From the NCBI GenBank assembly GCA_012295275.1, contig CM022670.1:17794001-17858000 (forward strand): a stretch of DNA of 64,000 bases. Reading direction: 5' to 3'. The DNA comes from Chrysomallon squamiferum (lineage: Eukaryota > Animalia > Mollusca). The notes under the pieces were generated by a model, which worked only from the letters and a program-made list of their open reading frames with translations, made no database searches and had not been told where the DNA came from. Below are positions 12,628 through 25,216 of the stretch, piece by piece. The translations under genes were made by a program, and so were the position numbers. The number at the start of each line of letters is the position of its first letter. Within the stretch, counting starts at the first letter, position 1.

Positions 12628-15409
12628 CTGGGTTGAAAATAAAAATAAGATATTTAAAATAATTTTTTTTAAAAGGTGGGCACTAACACAATAGATGACA
12701 TCAGTTTAATAGTGAATACGAAAAATATAAGGAATAGCAAAGTATTTCAGTGATTAGAGATATCACTTTACTATAGATTAACTTTCTTTCGTTTTTCTTG
12801 TCAAATTCAACGGATCATACACGTGTATTAGTTAACAGTGGTGTGAAAAGCGATTCCATCATTACCAAAGTTCGATTACAGAATGGGAACACCATCGTGA
12901 CGTACACTGTTCTGTAGATTCAGATACAACAGTTAAGAAAAAAATATATATAACTGAGACATTAGTTATCCTAAAATATGTTAATTCTGACTGATAGAGA
13001 AAATTACGAAGAATCTTACCATCACTAGCAAAATTGTGAACAACGATTTCAGATATATCGTGTTGAATAGGAACGAACATCGTAGAACTTGGCAGAACTT
13101 CTGAGCTGTTAAAGCTGTCACTATTGCCATTACCAGAAACTTCTCCACGGGATATGGGCATTATTTGTGTACTTAACACTGTATCTCTGAACTCATCGTC
13201 TGAAACATGCAAATCCGTAGAACATCTTCTGTTATTGTTATCATCATCTTCCTCTCTTTGATTTTGTCTAACAGTACAAGCTAATGAAGGCATTCCTCTG
13301 ATGTCTTCGTTGATATCTGATGTGGCTGATTTTATCAGAGCGTCAATGCTGTTGTCGTCTGCTACTCCAAATGACAATGCGTCATCAACAGCTGAAACCA
13401 TAGCTGCAGGTGGATTGTCATTGTCGTCGGAAATCTGAGATACATCGAGGTATTTAGATATCTCATTTACGTCCGCAAAATTTTCTTCTTCTGCAACTCT
13501 AGACAGCAACTGTTCATGCAGAAATATAGGAAGATGCGTTATTAATCTCAGGCCGACTGTCTGCTGCTTCAGAATAGCGATGCTTCCTGTTGGGTCCTGA
13601 TTTGTATCTTTAACCTTTAGAATGATACTCTGATGACTGGCTTGACCTGGGAACATTTCCAGAGAGAAATCCGTTAATGTGTACAAACTACTGAGATTTC
13701 CGTGAAGCTGGAAACGAAACTTTGATGTTTGTCGCACACGGAAATCGCCACTGATTCTGAGTTTCTTATAATCCTCCGTAGTCCATTCGTCCAACCTTCG
13801 AGAACACTGATCTGGATGTAAGCATTCTATGACAACGTCGAAGGTGTTGTATTTTATACATTTTCCAACTGCCATAAAGCAAATCACCCGACGAGATCGC
13901 TGCGCATATCTCCTTGCCGTGTCAGAGGTTATGTCAACTTTTGTTGCCCATTTTTCAACCTCCACGGGAGTTGTTCTGAAACAAACCATTAATTATTAGA
14001 CCTAACGCGGTCAGGGAAATATTACAGATACTATATTTGCATCTGTTACTCCGGGTATTTTATTTAACTCTTTATCCGTGTCTTTGTCCTAGAACTTTAC
14101 TTACTATTACCATGGTAGCTGCTAAGGTTGGTTGTTCTAAGTATTAGTGAGTTATATTTAGGCACTTGAGTGAATGTTTCTTTCTCGACAGATCGTTATC
14201 CTGTATCAAATTATATTTCGCTTTTTGAGCTGCTTATATTTTAACACTTAACTATCAGGATTACATGATATATATTTCATTTTATCAACTTATTAATCAT
14301 GAAATATGCAGCTGAAAAGAACATTTTAAATTTGAAATGACTCTTTTAACAATATCACTTTCCTGACACCAACAATATTATTGTCGATATAAGTTTGCAT
14401 TCAATATTAAGAACTTTGATTTTCATTAATGTAAAAATTAAAGATGTTTTGAATACTACTGTGATAAAATACTTTACAGAATTTTTTTTTTTTTTTAAAG
14501 AATTATATCAACAGTTTTAAAGATAAATTTAACGTACAGGCCGAGCTTGCTCGTTTTGAAAGAAACCTTATTTCCTCTCACTTCTGGCCTCACGTCCATC
14601 ATCTTCCACTTAGATTTTTCTTTTCTCTGCTCACCACCATCGTCGTCGTTATCATCATCATCATCATCATCATCATCACAGCGACCATCGTCAAACATTT
14701 CTTGATCGAGGCGGCATGGTGACCCAGACCTTGACATTATTACCACGTCTCCCTGACCTTTAAAGCCATCAGGAGTTGGCAAGGTCACGATGACATCTTT
14801 GGTGGGCTCTGAGCACGAAGAATGAGTCATGTTGAAGAAATGTGACAAGGAAAGAATATGATCCGACTCAGGAACCTTCGAGACTTCGTCGACCTTGAAT
14901 AAATGGAAAATGTATTGATCGGTGCGTTACAGAGAATTAGACTCGTCAAACTGATGCACTCCAGATGGCCGGCTAGTTACGAAATCTATATCTTAATACA
15001 CTCTGGTAAAACTAAATAAGCTGGTAAACACGAATTCAACTTTACGGATCACAGTTTATGTTTGAATGATGACAAGCGAAACGATTAGTTGATAGATGCA
15101 GCGCATTATGAGTCGAATTTAAGAGTTTAAATGTAATCAGTGGTAATGACCTAGTAAATCTTGTTTTCAGATTTCAAACAATGCATGGTTTCTGGGCTTG
15201 TTTTGTGTTGTTTACGAATTAACAGCAAATATTATAAAAATTGGATTGATTGAGATACCGTTATTTAAGCGGGTTTGTTCATGTAAACAGTATATAATAT
15301 AGGCTGTTTTTAAAAAATCACACATAAATACACAAAAATAAATAGAGAAAATAGTATCATTTTTTGAAGCACAAAGAACTAGAGTGTACATTGTAATGTT
15401 TCTTTTTCT

Positions 15410-15441
<32 letters not shown>

Positions 15442-16434
15442 TGAAATGATCTGTCGTTGATATTATAAATTATTATCCAGAAACATTACGTAAATATTTT
15501 AAAGAAATTTTTTTAATTAAATGGTTGTACCTTTAGAGTTAGCTTTCCTGGTTGTCTGAAAGCTTCACGGGGTACATCAAGTTGTATGTTGCTATCTGTC
15601 TTGGACACGATTTTCCCACCAGATGGCAGTATGAAAAGTTCTTCCGTCCGAGGACGACAGCACAGTATTAACAAACCTCTGTGCTTTAATTTTACTGAAA
15701 CAACTGCAGCAAACTGTTCATCATCCTGTGATATAAACCTTTATAATTACTTACTGTTTAAGATGAATGCGTGAGATACGTAACTTGTATGACGAGAGAG
15801 AGAAAGAAAGCAATATGATACCGTAGAAAGACAGAGACAGGCAGGCAGATAGAAAGACAGACAGGTAGAACAGACAGACTGGCACACAGATAAATTGGTA
15901 GGGAGATAAAGATTAAGAAGAAAGCGGAAGCAAGATACCAAAAACGTTTATTAATTGCTTTATTTACCTCATTTCGTTTTATATATATTTCAGGTTTTAA
16001 TTCAGTTATGTCATGTTTAGATCCAATGTGTTTGATAACAAGTTCCTGAAATCTACTTGGTTTGTCCCTGAATAAAACTTTCAGATGAACAACAGAGTTG
16101 TCGTTCGTATCGGAAGTTCGGTACTCGACAATTTCTCGCCAGCAGATTTCGTCTTTAGTCATGAAAGACTTAGCACCACTCTCTAACGGGAAAATCATCC
16201 GACACATAAAGTACGTCGGGCTTGGAGAGAAAGTATTTCCCGTTCTAATTACGATTCCTATTCGGTTTATTCCGTATTCGGCGCTGTCCATTAAGATTGC
16301 GAATTCAATGCTAATAAAGTATACAAATGATATAATAAAATACATACATACATACATACATTATATATATATATATATATATAAATATACATACTGGGAT
16401 AATACATCTTACATCAGTTCTGAGCATTTTGTGA

Positions 16435-16497
<63 letters not shown>

Positions 16498-17025
16498 CCT
16501 TATTAAGTATATATGCCATCTTGTATTTTACTTTAATAATTGTTGCCATGGTAATAAATATACGATAATAGTATAACAAATAGTTAAAAAATGTGATGAC
16601 AAACCTTTGTACGCTACGACGTTGACACAACACTGACGTCATTTGAACACTTCTGCTTTCTGACATCGGACTTCTTCTACTCTGTCAAGATGAACAACAA
16701 ACCTCCATGTGAATAATAAACATATTAAACACCAGTACATCTAATACATAAGAGGAACAACAACAACGACGACGACAACAACAATAACAACAATAATAAT
16801 AATAATGTTATACAGTAATGATGATATTATTAATGACAAATGCCAGAACAACGGTAATAACAAGGTAATGAGAATAATAATAATAATTAAGTTGGCGATA
16901 AGGAGAGAATAAAAATAATAACAATTTAATAAAAGTGAAAAAAATAAAATAATAATAAGAAAAAGAAAATAAGAAGAAAAATAAAAATAGTAATAGTAGG
17001 AAGAAGTAAGAAAATGGAAGAAGAA

Positions 17026-17077
<52 letters not shown>

Positions 17078-17463
17078 TATAAGACCGAACTCTTAATTGA
17101 GTTTAGCAGTAGTGGACACTTACAAGGTCATATTTATATGGGTCTGCTCCGTTAAACATTAACCAGTCAGCGGTCCGAACGTGATCATTTTCCACTGCAT
17201 AGAACAGCGGCGTGCGGCCATACTTCAAAATAATAATATAGTGACAACAACAACAGCAATACTAAAATAACCATGCATGATGAAATGTTTCATAAAAAAC
17301 ATTAAGATAATTTGTAGGAAGTATTACATTTTAGCAGTACATTTTATAGAGAAAATCGTTAATGTTGGTTTAAGAGTCCTCACAATGAATAGGTCTGAAA
17401 AACATAACACTAAAAAAAAAAAAAAAAATCTTGAGGTTTACTATTAATTCACTGACTTCTCAG

Positions 17464-17557
<94 letters not shown>

Positions 17558-19552
17558 ATATAGATTTTTCTTTATTTGTTACAATATCTCAGGAAGATAA
17601 ATATGAGGCTTTTTCAGTTTATATTTTATATGTGAGGCATTTTACATATGTGGTTATGAATGTATGTATATATGTATGTATGTATGTATGTTTATATATC
17701 TATATATGTGTGTATATGTGTATATATGTTTGTATGTATGTGTGTATGTACGTATGCATGGCTGCGTGTGTGTGTGTTCATGTGTTTGATCAAATAAGCG
17801 AGTTCTAGTTAAGACCTTAGATACAGATAACGTGTGCAGAGCACTGAAACTAATGACACTTTAACACAAATTTTATTTCAACAGCAGATTAATCATATTA
17901 ATGTATTCCCAACAACTCACAATGTCTGCTGTATCCACGTGGACGTCACTGCGCATGAGCTGTTCAGCCAGAACGAGGACATCTCCGGCTTCTGCTGCTT
18001 GGTGCAGTTCTGTTACAGAAATCTGATAAAACACACATGAAATATTTTTATATAATTTTATGTAATACGAATACACATATACATGTTTATACATGAGCAA
18101 TCTTGCTGAGGCTGTCGTACATACACATATACAGCGCCAAACTAACAACGTAGCAGATGTAGCAAATGCTATGCGCCCCGCTGATCCCTTTTAGTTTTAT
18201 TTTTTAATCAAAATGCAGGGTATCATGATTTTGACTAGCCTTTGATATTTGATTTGAGAAGATGTACATTTTTGAATAGCTTTGGTGCTGAAATTTTCTT
18301 TCCTCACTAGCCAGTGGACTACAACTAGTTCACCAGTTGCTTTGTCTAAAATACACTGAAAAAAACCTTAGCAATCATTTGAAGAAATCAGTAACAAGTT
18401 TGGCTTCTTGCAAATTTAGGTCGATGTTCGAGGAGCAACCTTCAAAACCGGCTATGGCTCTCATTGACAAGTATCCAAATGATTTGCAGGCGTCTGGCAA
18501 ATGAACTTCTACAGTTTGTGGCACTTCTCAACAAGCGGACTACGACGACTAATCTGAGTGCATCTCAGTCAGATGCTGCAGCTGATGATCAGGACAACAC
18601 GGCGATGTCAGGCGGCGAGACATTGGAGCTGTTCTTTATTCCGTCTCATTAGAGATCACAACATGCAATCATGTTTTCCTAATATTGAAATAATTCTACG
18701 CACGTATTTATATATGATGGTTACAAATTGCACGGGGCAGCCTTCGTTTTCCAAATTACGCCGCATAAAAAATGCACAAAGAACGACGATGGTAAAAAAA
18801 CACCAACTTTTAAATGTGCTGACGTTGACGAACATCGGATGCGAGTTGTTGAGAACGATTGACATCACTTCCATTATAAAAGACTTTGCTCACATAAAAT
18901 CTCGAAGGCGCGATACGTTACTTAATCTGATCCTGAATCACACTTGTCTACTGGCCTAAACTTTGACCCATGTTTTCGGGGCATACATTATAGTTTAATG
19001 GCATTTGCACTGGTTTTTTATTGTTTGCAAGATTCCTTTTGTTTCGACAATACATCTGACTGATTGTTCAAACATTAAGGTGTGCTTATGTTGTATGTAA
19101 AGTTATGATAATAGTTGGCGTTTGTTGACGTGGGGTGGGGGGCGTTTACATCTGTAACTAGCCGGTAGTAGGGACCTATGCTATGTTTTGCTACAGGCCC
19201 CGCAGTTGCTTAATCCGGCTCTGTACAAATATATACAAACTTACATGCATGCAATATATACATACACGAACGCAGGGACACATACACACACACACATATA
19301 CACACACATACATACAGAAACAAAGAGTGGAGGGACAAAAAGATCGGATTATTTACTGTATATTTACAAAATTCTAACATTAAAACAAGAAACAAAAATA
19401 CAAAAACACTGAGAGAAATGTATAAAATTATGTGAGTTTAAATACGAATTTACATCGCAGGTACTACATCTTGGTATGTTTAACTTTGGACGTCTGGCAG
19501 AGTAGACTGGTTCATTGTCGTTTACACTGGTACTCCATCTGAAATTCGCCAT
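8754..19552 (-). CDS. Ankyrin-repeat + ZU5-ZU5-UPA + tandem death-domain protein (PIDD1/DTHD1/ankyrin-like), 14 coding exons, ~992 aa
   Basis: Exons 19454-19552, 17921-18022, 17124-17222, 16605-16681, 15968-16310, 15531-15725, 14538-14893, 13020-13975, 12479-12627, 11315-11442, 10805-10908, 9513-9670, 9047-9171, 8754-8841. All are GT-AG and phase-consistent, summing to 2979 nt with no internal stop. The start exon is the least certain. Domains were assigned by motif recognition, not by HMM. Confidence 0.8.
13020..16310 (-). other. ZU5-ZU5-UPA region plus acidic low-complexity linker of the same gene
   Basis: [45 protein letters not shown] parallels the second-ZU5 start of ankyrins and PIDD1 (SR....IGPEGG.L.S.....V...FP.GA). 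[18 protein letters not shown] is the ZU5 core. [35 protein letters not shown] is UPA-like. Confidence 0.7.
17124..18022 (-). other. Ankyrin-repeat exons (one repeat per phase-0 exon, 102 and 99 nt)
   Basis: [34 protein letters not shown] and [33 protein letters not shown] match the G.TPLH.A...G....V..LL..GAD consensus. Confidence 0.9.
18132..19223 (+). mobile_element. Internally deleted, frameshifted hAT DNA transposon remnant (ZMYM1-like transposase C-terminus) in an intron
   Basis: ORF 18558-18959 contains [39 protein letters not shown], the hAT C-terminal dimerisation motif (consensus ERSFS.LKRIK...RSTM). Right end TTAATCCGGCTCTG (19210-19223) and left end CAGCGCCAAACTAA (18132-18145) match 10/14 as an inverted repeat. 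Flanks CACATATA / TACAAATA are 6/8 identical, consistent with a decayed 8-bp TSD. Confidence 0.85.
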
Positions 19553-21574
19553 CTAGTTTGCTGCTAGACATTATCTACCTTGGGCTGGTTTGCTATAATA
19601 AATAATATATAATAACAATAATAACAATAACAACAACAACAACAACATCAACAATACTATAAAAGAGTTGTCGCTGAAATGCCCTAACTATGAGGATGTT
19701 TCAAAGCTTTTAGAACGAGAATTAGGACTCATCAGAGCAGTATTTTCCAATACAATGGAAAAATAAGTAAAGAAAAAAAGAAAGAACAACAGAAAGACAG
19801 AAAGGAAAGAATGGAAATAAGGAAAGATAGAAGAAAAGAAAGAAATATTCATTAAAAAATAAAGAAAAATTCAAAGTCTAACTGAATTCATAAAGAAAAT
19901 ACATAACATTAGGTCATAAGCAGTCTCAGTATTTGCAATGAATAAGAAAATCGTATTGATCTGAAACTTGAAATCGTGGATTTAATATTAAAAACTTAAT
20001 TTCTTACCCGATCATCCATTTCTGTGGTTCTATCGTTTCTGTTTTTCTAGAGAAATATCCGAAACCGCATGCATCAGAAGAAAAACACTTTGACGTTTCA
20101 AACACAGACATAAATAAACCTTGTACACACAACAGTTCACAAGATATGCAACAGTCGACTTCTTGCAATGTATTTTATTCCTCAACAACTGCGGTCATTC
20201 TGTCAACACCAACTAGACGTTTATACACAATACTAATTCACAGTTCCAACAGTTTGCTTAGCTATTGATAATTTTAAACACTTTTGTGTTCTTTTGTGGA
20301 CGTATATATATATCATTTATTCTGAAGTGAAAAGGTATGTAATAAAAACCTATCGTCCTATTCGTAGGGAATGGGTTATGCGACTAAAGATATCGTTAAT
20401 GTGGGTATCTGGGTCGTGTACCAGGACGTGTATCTATAGAAGTATATGCATTATTTACGTGTTAATTTAGGCTGTCTATTGTCCACCTAGCTTTCTGCTA
20501 GGCTGACAACTTGTATAGTACACGAAGATAGGTAAATATTTATTTTGCCTATCTTTAATACGTTAGTCAGTTTACCTTTTCCTTTGTCTCTGTTATGTAT
20601 TTTTTTATTCTTTCATTTGCATATTTTTTTTCAGTCATCGTTCTTAAATTAATTTTTACATATTCCCTTAGGTTTTTAATTATACAAACATATGTTTTAA
20701 CTAAAGTTCTTTTTTTCTTTTAGATTAATCTAATGATTAGTTCAATATGTGTACATATGAACATTAAATGTATGTGTTTACGTACGATTCTATCTAAAAT
20801 CTTAAAAGTACAAATTTTTATTTACTACATTTTCAACCTATGTACATTTAAGGTTTTGCAGGATTTTTCTGACTTTGACAAAAAGGTGATTTTTGTTCTT
20901 TCATTCATTAATTTATTTATTTTTATTTTTTTCCATTGCAGCTATGCATTTGTAAATTGACAGACTTCTAAAAGTGGTGTTACTCTGGATCTTGTATTTT
21001 ATAACAATTATTTTGATGGGATCTGACTTACAGGTCAGATTCTTATAAATCATTTATCCTGAAAAACAGAGCCAGAGCACAACATAAAAATGCGATGTCA
21101 GGCTAACATTGCTTGAAAGGAGCTACAGTGTTTTTGATCACAAAAGGTCATATGTTAAAAAAAAATAATAATAAATATAAAAATAAAAAACTATTTTTGT
21201 ATGATGAAGTCTATAATTAAGACGAACAGTTTAAAAATTCAAATAATTTATTGTAGAATTTTTTCCTGTACTCTGAAGAGAGAGAGAGAAAAAAAAAAAA
21301 AAGTGATGATTTAATGGAACGAGGAAATGTTAGACTGACTAACTCTGACAAGTACACAACATTAATACTACATCCAGGTATCTGCCCGGCACGACACTTT
21401 TTCACAGCTGATTGTCAGCTAATGTGTTTTATTTGTAACGCCTGGAAATGCGGATGACCGGACTCTGAACTCAGCCGGGACCGTGGTCTTGTGCTTTACC
21501 GGTATGTGTTACAAACTGCATATCATTATTAGCGACAATGAAACATGCAAATACAACTAATAACATCGGGAGGC

Positions 21575-21870
21575 ACTTACAAACAGATTTATTTCATATT
21601 TAACTCGCTTTCCAGCCACTAACTCGCATAATCGCGCACGTAGTTTTCGTTAATCAGCGAAGATGCCAGTAAATATTGCTTTGTGCGCGAATCGACTGGA
21701 AGCCATCCGCAATCTGCGAATTACATTTCACGGAATTAATTGTAAACAGTTATTAGCGTAGGACGGGCTGTGGAAACAGTGTCGTAAAACTGCGCATGTC
21801 AGGAGAACACAGCGTTGTTACGCTTTCGAATAAGGAACGTTGTGATCGAAGTTGACGTGCAGGTTGTTCG
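21575..21870 (-). promoter_or_regulatory. Probable CpG-rich promoter / non-coding first exon of the ANK-ZU5-DD gene
   Basis: Locally CpG-rich island in an AT-rich background, TGCGCATG (NRF1-like) at 21791-21798, and a minus-strand consensus donor GTAAGT at 21580-21575. A second candidate 5'UTR exon ends at 20008 (CGG|GTAAG). Confidence 0.4.
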
Positions 21871-22130
21871 TGTCAGAATAACGTAAATGATTAAAAGTAC
21901 ATTTCTAATTGTTGTAAAATTGTGAAAAATAATATAGTCATTTTTTTTTTTTTTTTAAACAGATTAATTTCATTAGATTTCAGTGGATTTTATGTTCGTC
22001 TTCCTCTTTTTTTAATTTTGATTAACTTTCTTTTTTTCCCTTTTTTATTATTAATTTTTTTTTGTTTTTAAAGACTCCCACGCCACACTATCATTAATTT
22101 GTTTTTGAAATTATTATTATTATTATTATT

Positions 22131-22166
<36 letters not shown>

Positions 22167-22657
22167 ATTATTATTATTGTTATTATTATTTAGTACTGTA
22201 CTAAATAGATTCAGGAGACACATGTGAGGAGAGATAAGTACTGTCCAGTGACTAAAATTACAATAATGGTCCTTTTAAAGTGTTCAGGCAGCTTGAATAA
22301 TTTGCCTGTCTTGTTGTTTGTGTGTAACAAGAGGTCTTTCCGGTTACTTAAGAAACAGACTTTAGTGTCATTACGTTACTCTTGGGATTCCAACCATTTT
22401 AAACATCAGTCAGAAGTCGCTTGTCCGTGAGTCTGAAATCTCAGTATTGTAAATAATGCTTATTCCTCAATTTGAATATTGAAAAAATCCCAGAAGACAG
22501 ACATTTTTCCGCTTTTTTTTTTTTTTTTTTTGTAATTTGTTATTTAGATTCGTTTGTATGTACAATGTACTTTACTGAACGATTATCCTTCCTAATAAAA
22601 TATAAACTATATTATGCTGCTGTTAAAACCGTGTTTGTGTCTATATGCATGTGTGTG

Positions 22658-22717
<60 letters not shown>

Positions 22718-24016
22718 TGTTTAGGGAATAACTGGTTCTGTCTTAAGTTATCAGCTTTATCCTGAGAAAGTTAAAATGTCGAATGCAGTGAGGTTTTATC
22801 TTATCCTGCAAGTCTAAATAACACAAAAACTCACTGCTCAATTCAGCCATATTGATTTCATTGTCGCCGACAAAAACTTCTCGTCTAAAGAAAATAGTTT
22901 TTAAATAACAACATATATATAAGACATATTTTTGGTCAGTAATAGAAATGGATATAGTCATACATCTTACCACTATTTGAGGTGACTGCAGGATAAATTT
23001 TATATATATATATATATATATATTTATATGTATATATAAAGCTGATAAGATAAACTGTTCTATAATCGCTTATCCGTAATTCCTAAATCTCAACAGCTGG
23101 GGAAATCGAATAACTTTACCGCTATCTCGATATTTAGATATTTGAAACAAACATATAAAAAAATAACAAAATACATAAACACAATTCATTTTGTAACTGA
23201 AAATTTATTAAACACTTTAAAAGTACGTCACAGTGACGTACTGTTCATAGTAAATATATATTTAAATACTGTACATACACAAACTTACATGATAATTATT
23301 ACATAGACATTTATAGTTCAGATGTTACTGTCGTTAATATTAACATAATTAATAATACATAAACATGTGTGGTCTGTTATTTACGAACGCGTTAACTTTC
23401 AGCTTAGTCAAAATTGTCATAATAACATTATTCAATTAAATATTTAAAAATCTACGAAAATCATTTGCGCCTAAAAAGCATTAAGGCTTAAACATGTAAG
23501 ATGTATGTTTCTGTTTGTCTCTTTGAGAATAGTATTTATATAATGTAATATATGTAATCTACGTTTAACAATTATATTTAATAGAAAAATAATAAGGTTA
23601 ACTGTAAACATCATTATCGATAATTTTTCACACGTTTTTCTTCTTTCACCTTCTACGTTACTCAACTCCTCTCCTCTGTCTGTCTGTCTGTCTGTCTGTC
23701 TCTGTCTCTCTCTCTCTCTCTCTCTTTCTCGTTTGTATATTTATAGGTCACAAAGTAAATGTTTACTATTATAAAATAAATTTTAGTTTTTTTGTCAAAA
23801 CAAGCTTAGTTATAAAATCTTTAGAACTTCACGACACAGTAAAGAATAATGGGATTAGAAGAGAAAATAAGATTCAGTTATTTTAATACATTTTAAAGTA
23901 CAGATTTGTCTTAATTAAACTTATTAAGCTACTAAATTTAGTTCTGCTTGCGACACGATTGTACTGGACTAAGATGGTAAAAAAGAGAGTTATGGTTGAA
24001 AACAAAGTAGTTAAAA

Positions 24017-24047
<31 letters not shown>

Positions 24048-24710
24048 ACCGTACATAAGAGGATCATGTTGTTGATCTACAGAAAATTGGTTGATGAATC
24101 GCAGGATAAATATTCGTCGGCATGCTCTTTCCCGTTCCAGCCATTCCTCAGTGTAGTAATAAATGAATGGTCTTGGCGGTTTGTGTGGTCCTGTGTGATA
24201 AAATGCCAATAAAAGATTCAGTGTCACTGCTAGATAATATGATTGACGACTATAACAGTAACTTAATAAGGTGTGTTTGCGTGCGTGCGTGTTTTTTATG
24301 TGTCACTAAACAAATTCTCCTTGAGTATGTGTAGGTGTGTGTGAAGTATAAATTGTGAAAATGTAATTTGTTCATTCTAAGTCTGATCTGACTCGTGTTG
24401 GTGACTGATAATAAAGAAATACGTAATTTCGTGAATGAGATATTTTCATTATGACACTCAGATTTATCTTATTTTGAACGGTTATTAGTTGTTTGTATTT
24501 TCAGAATATGAGAGAGGAAACCACTACTTCTGATAAACCAGAGACTTTCTGGAACGGAAGATTGTCACACAGAGGGCGGTCATAATCACAGCTTACATGT
24601 GCATAAAATAAAATAAAATTTTACTAAAAAGATTTCCCTTCCAAAAAATTAAAGCACACGTGCAGTAATAATAATAATAATGGTGATAACAAGAAGAAGA
24701 ATGAGAAGGA

Positions 24711-24757
<47 letters not shown>

Positions 24758-25216
24758 ATAATAATAATACATTCAGATAGACAACAAAAAAAGAGAAAAA
24801 ATAAAGATACACATTTTTATACAAAGGATGTATAACGTATTTAAAGGTTTGCAAAGGATTCAAACAATGATCACCTCCCTGTTCATTACAGTTACATTTC
24901 GTTTGACTAAATGAACAGGACGCCATTATTACCAATACCGACCTGCTGCAAGTTTCTTTCTTTACACTGGAACGGTCATGAAATGATGTAATATTATAAA
25001 ATCAACAAAAGTATTTTATTTAATTTAGACATCAGTGAAGTGTTCGTTGATGCAGCTGTGGTTAATCAGATACTTTATCATTTCATCAACATTTTAAAAT
25101 ATATTTTCAAATTACGAAGTCTTTCATCGTTATGCACAAAAACAAATTTCGAAATATCTTAATTTGCTTCATAAAGCTGTATAATTTTATAAATATTTTT
25201 TCTAGCAGCTATATAC

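Noticed and set aside
12862-13989. Treating the 375-aa ORF as a stand-alone gene
   Set aside because: It is an internal exon (13020-13975) with splice sites in phase with its neighbours; both ORF ends are intronic.
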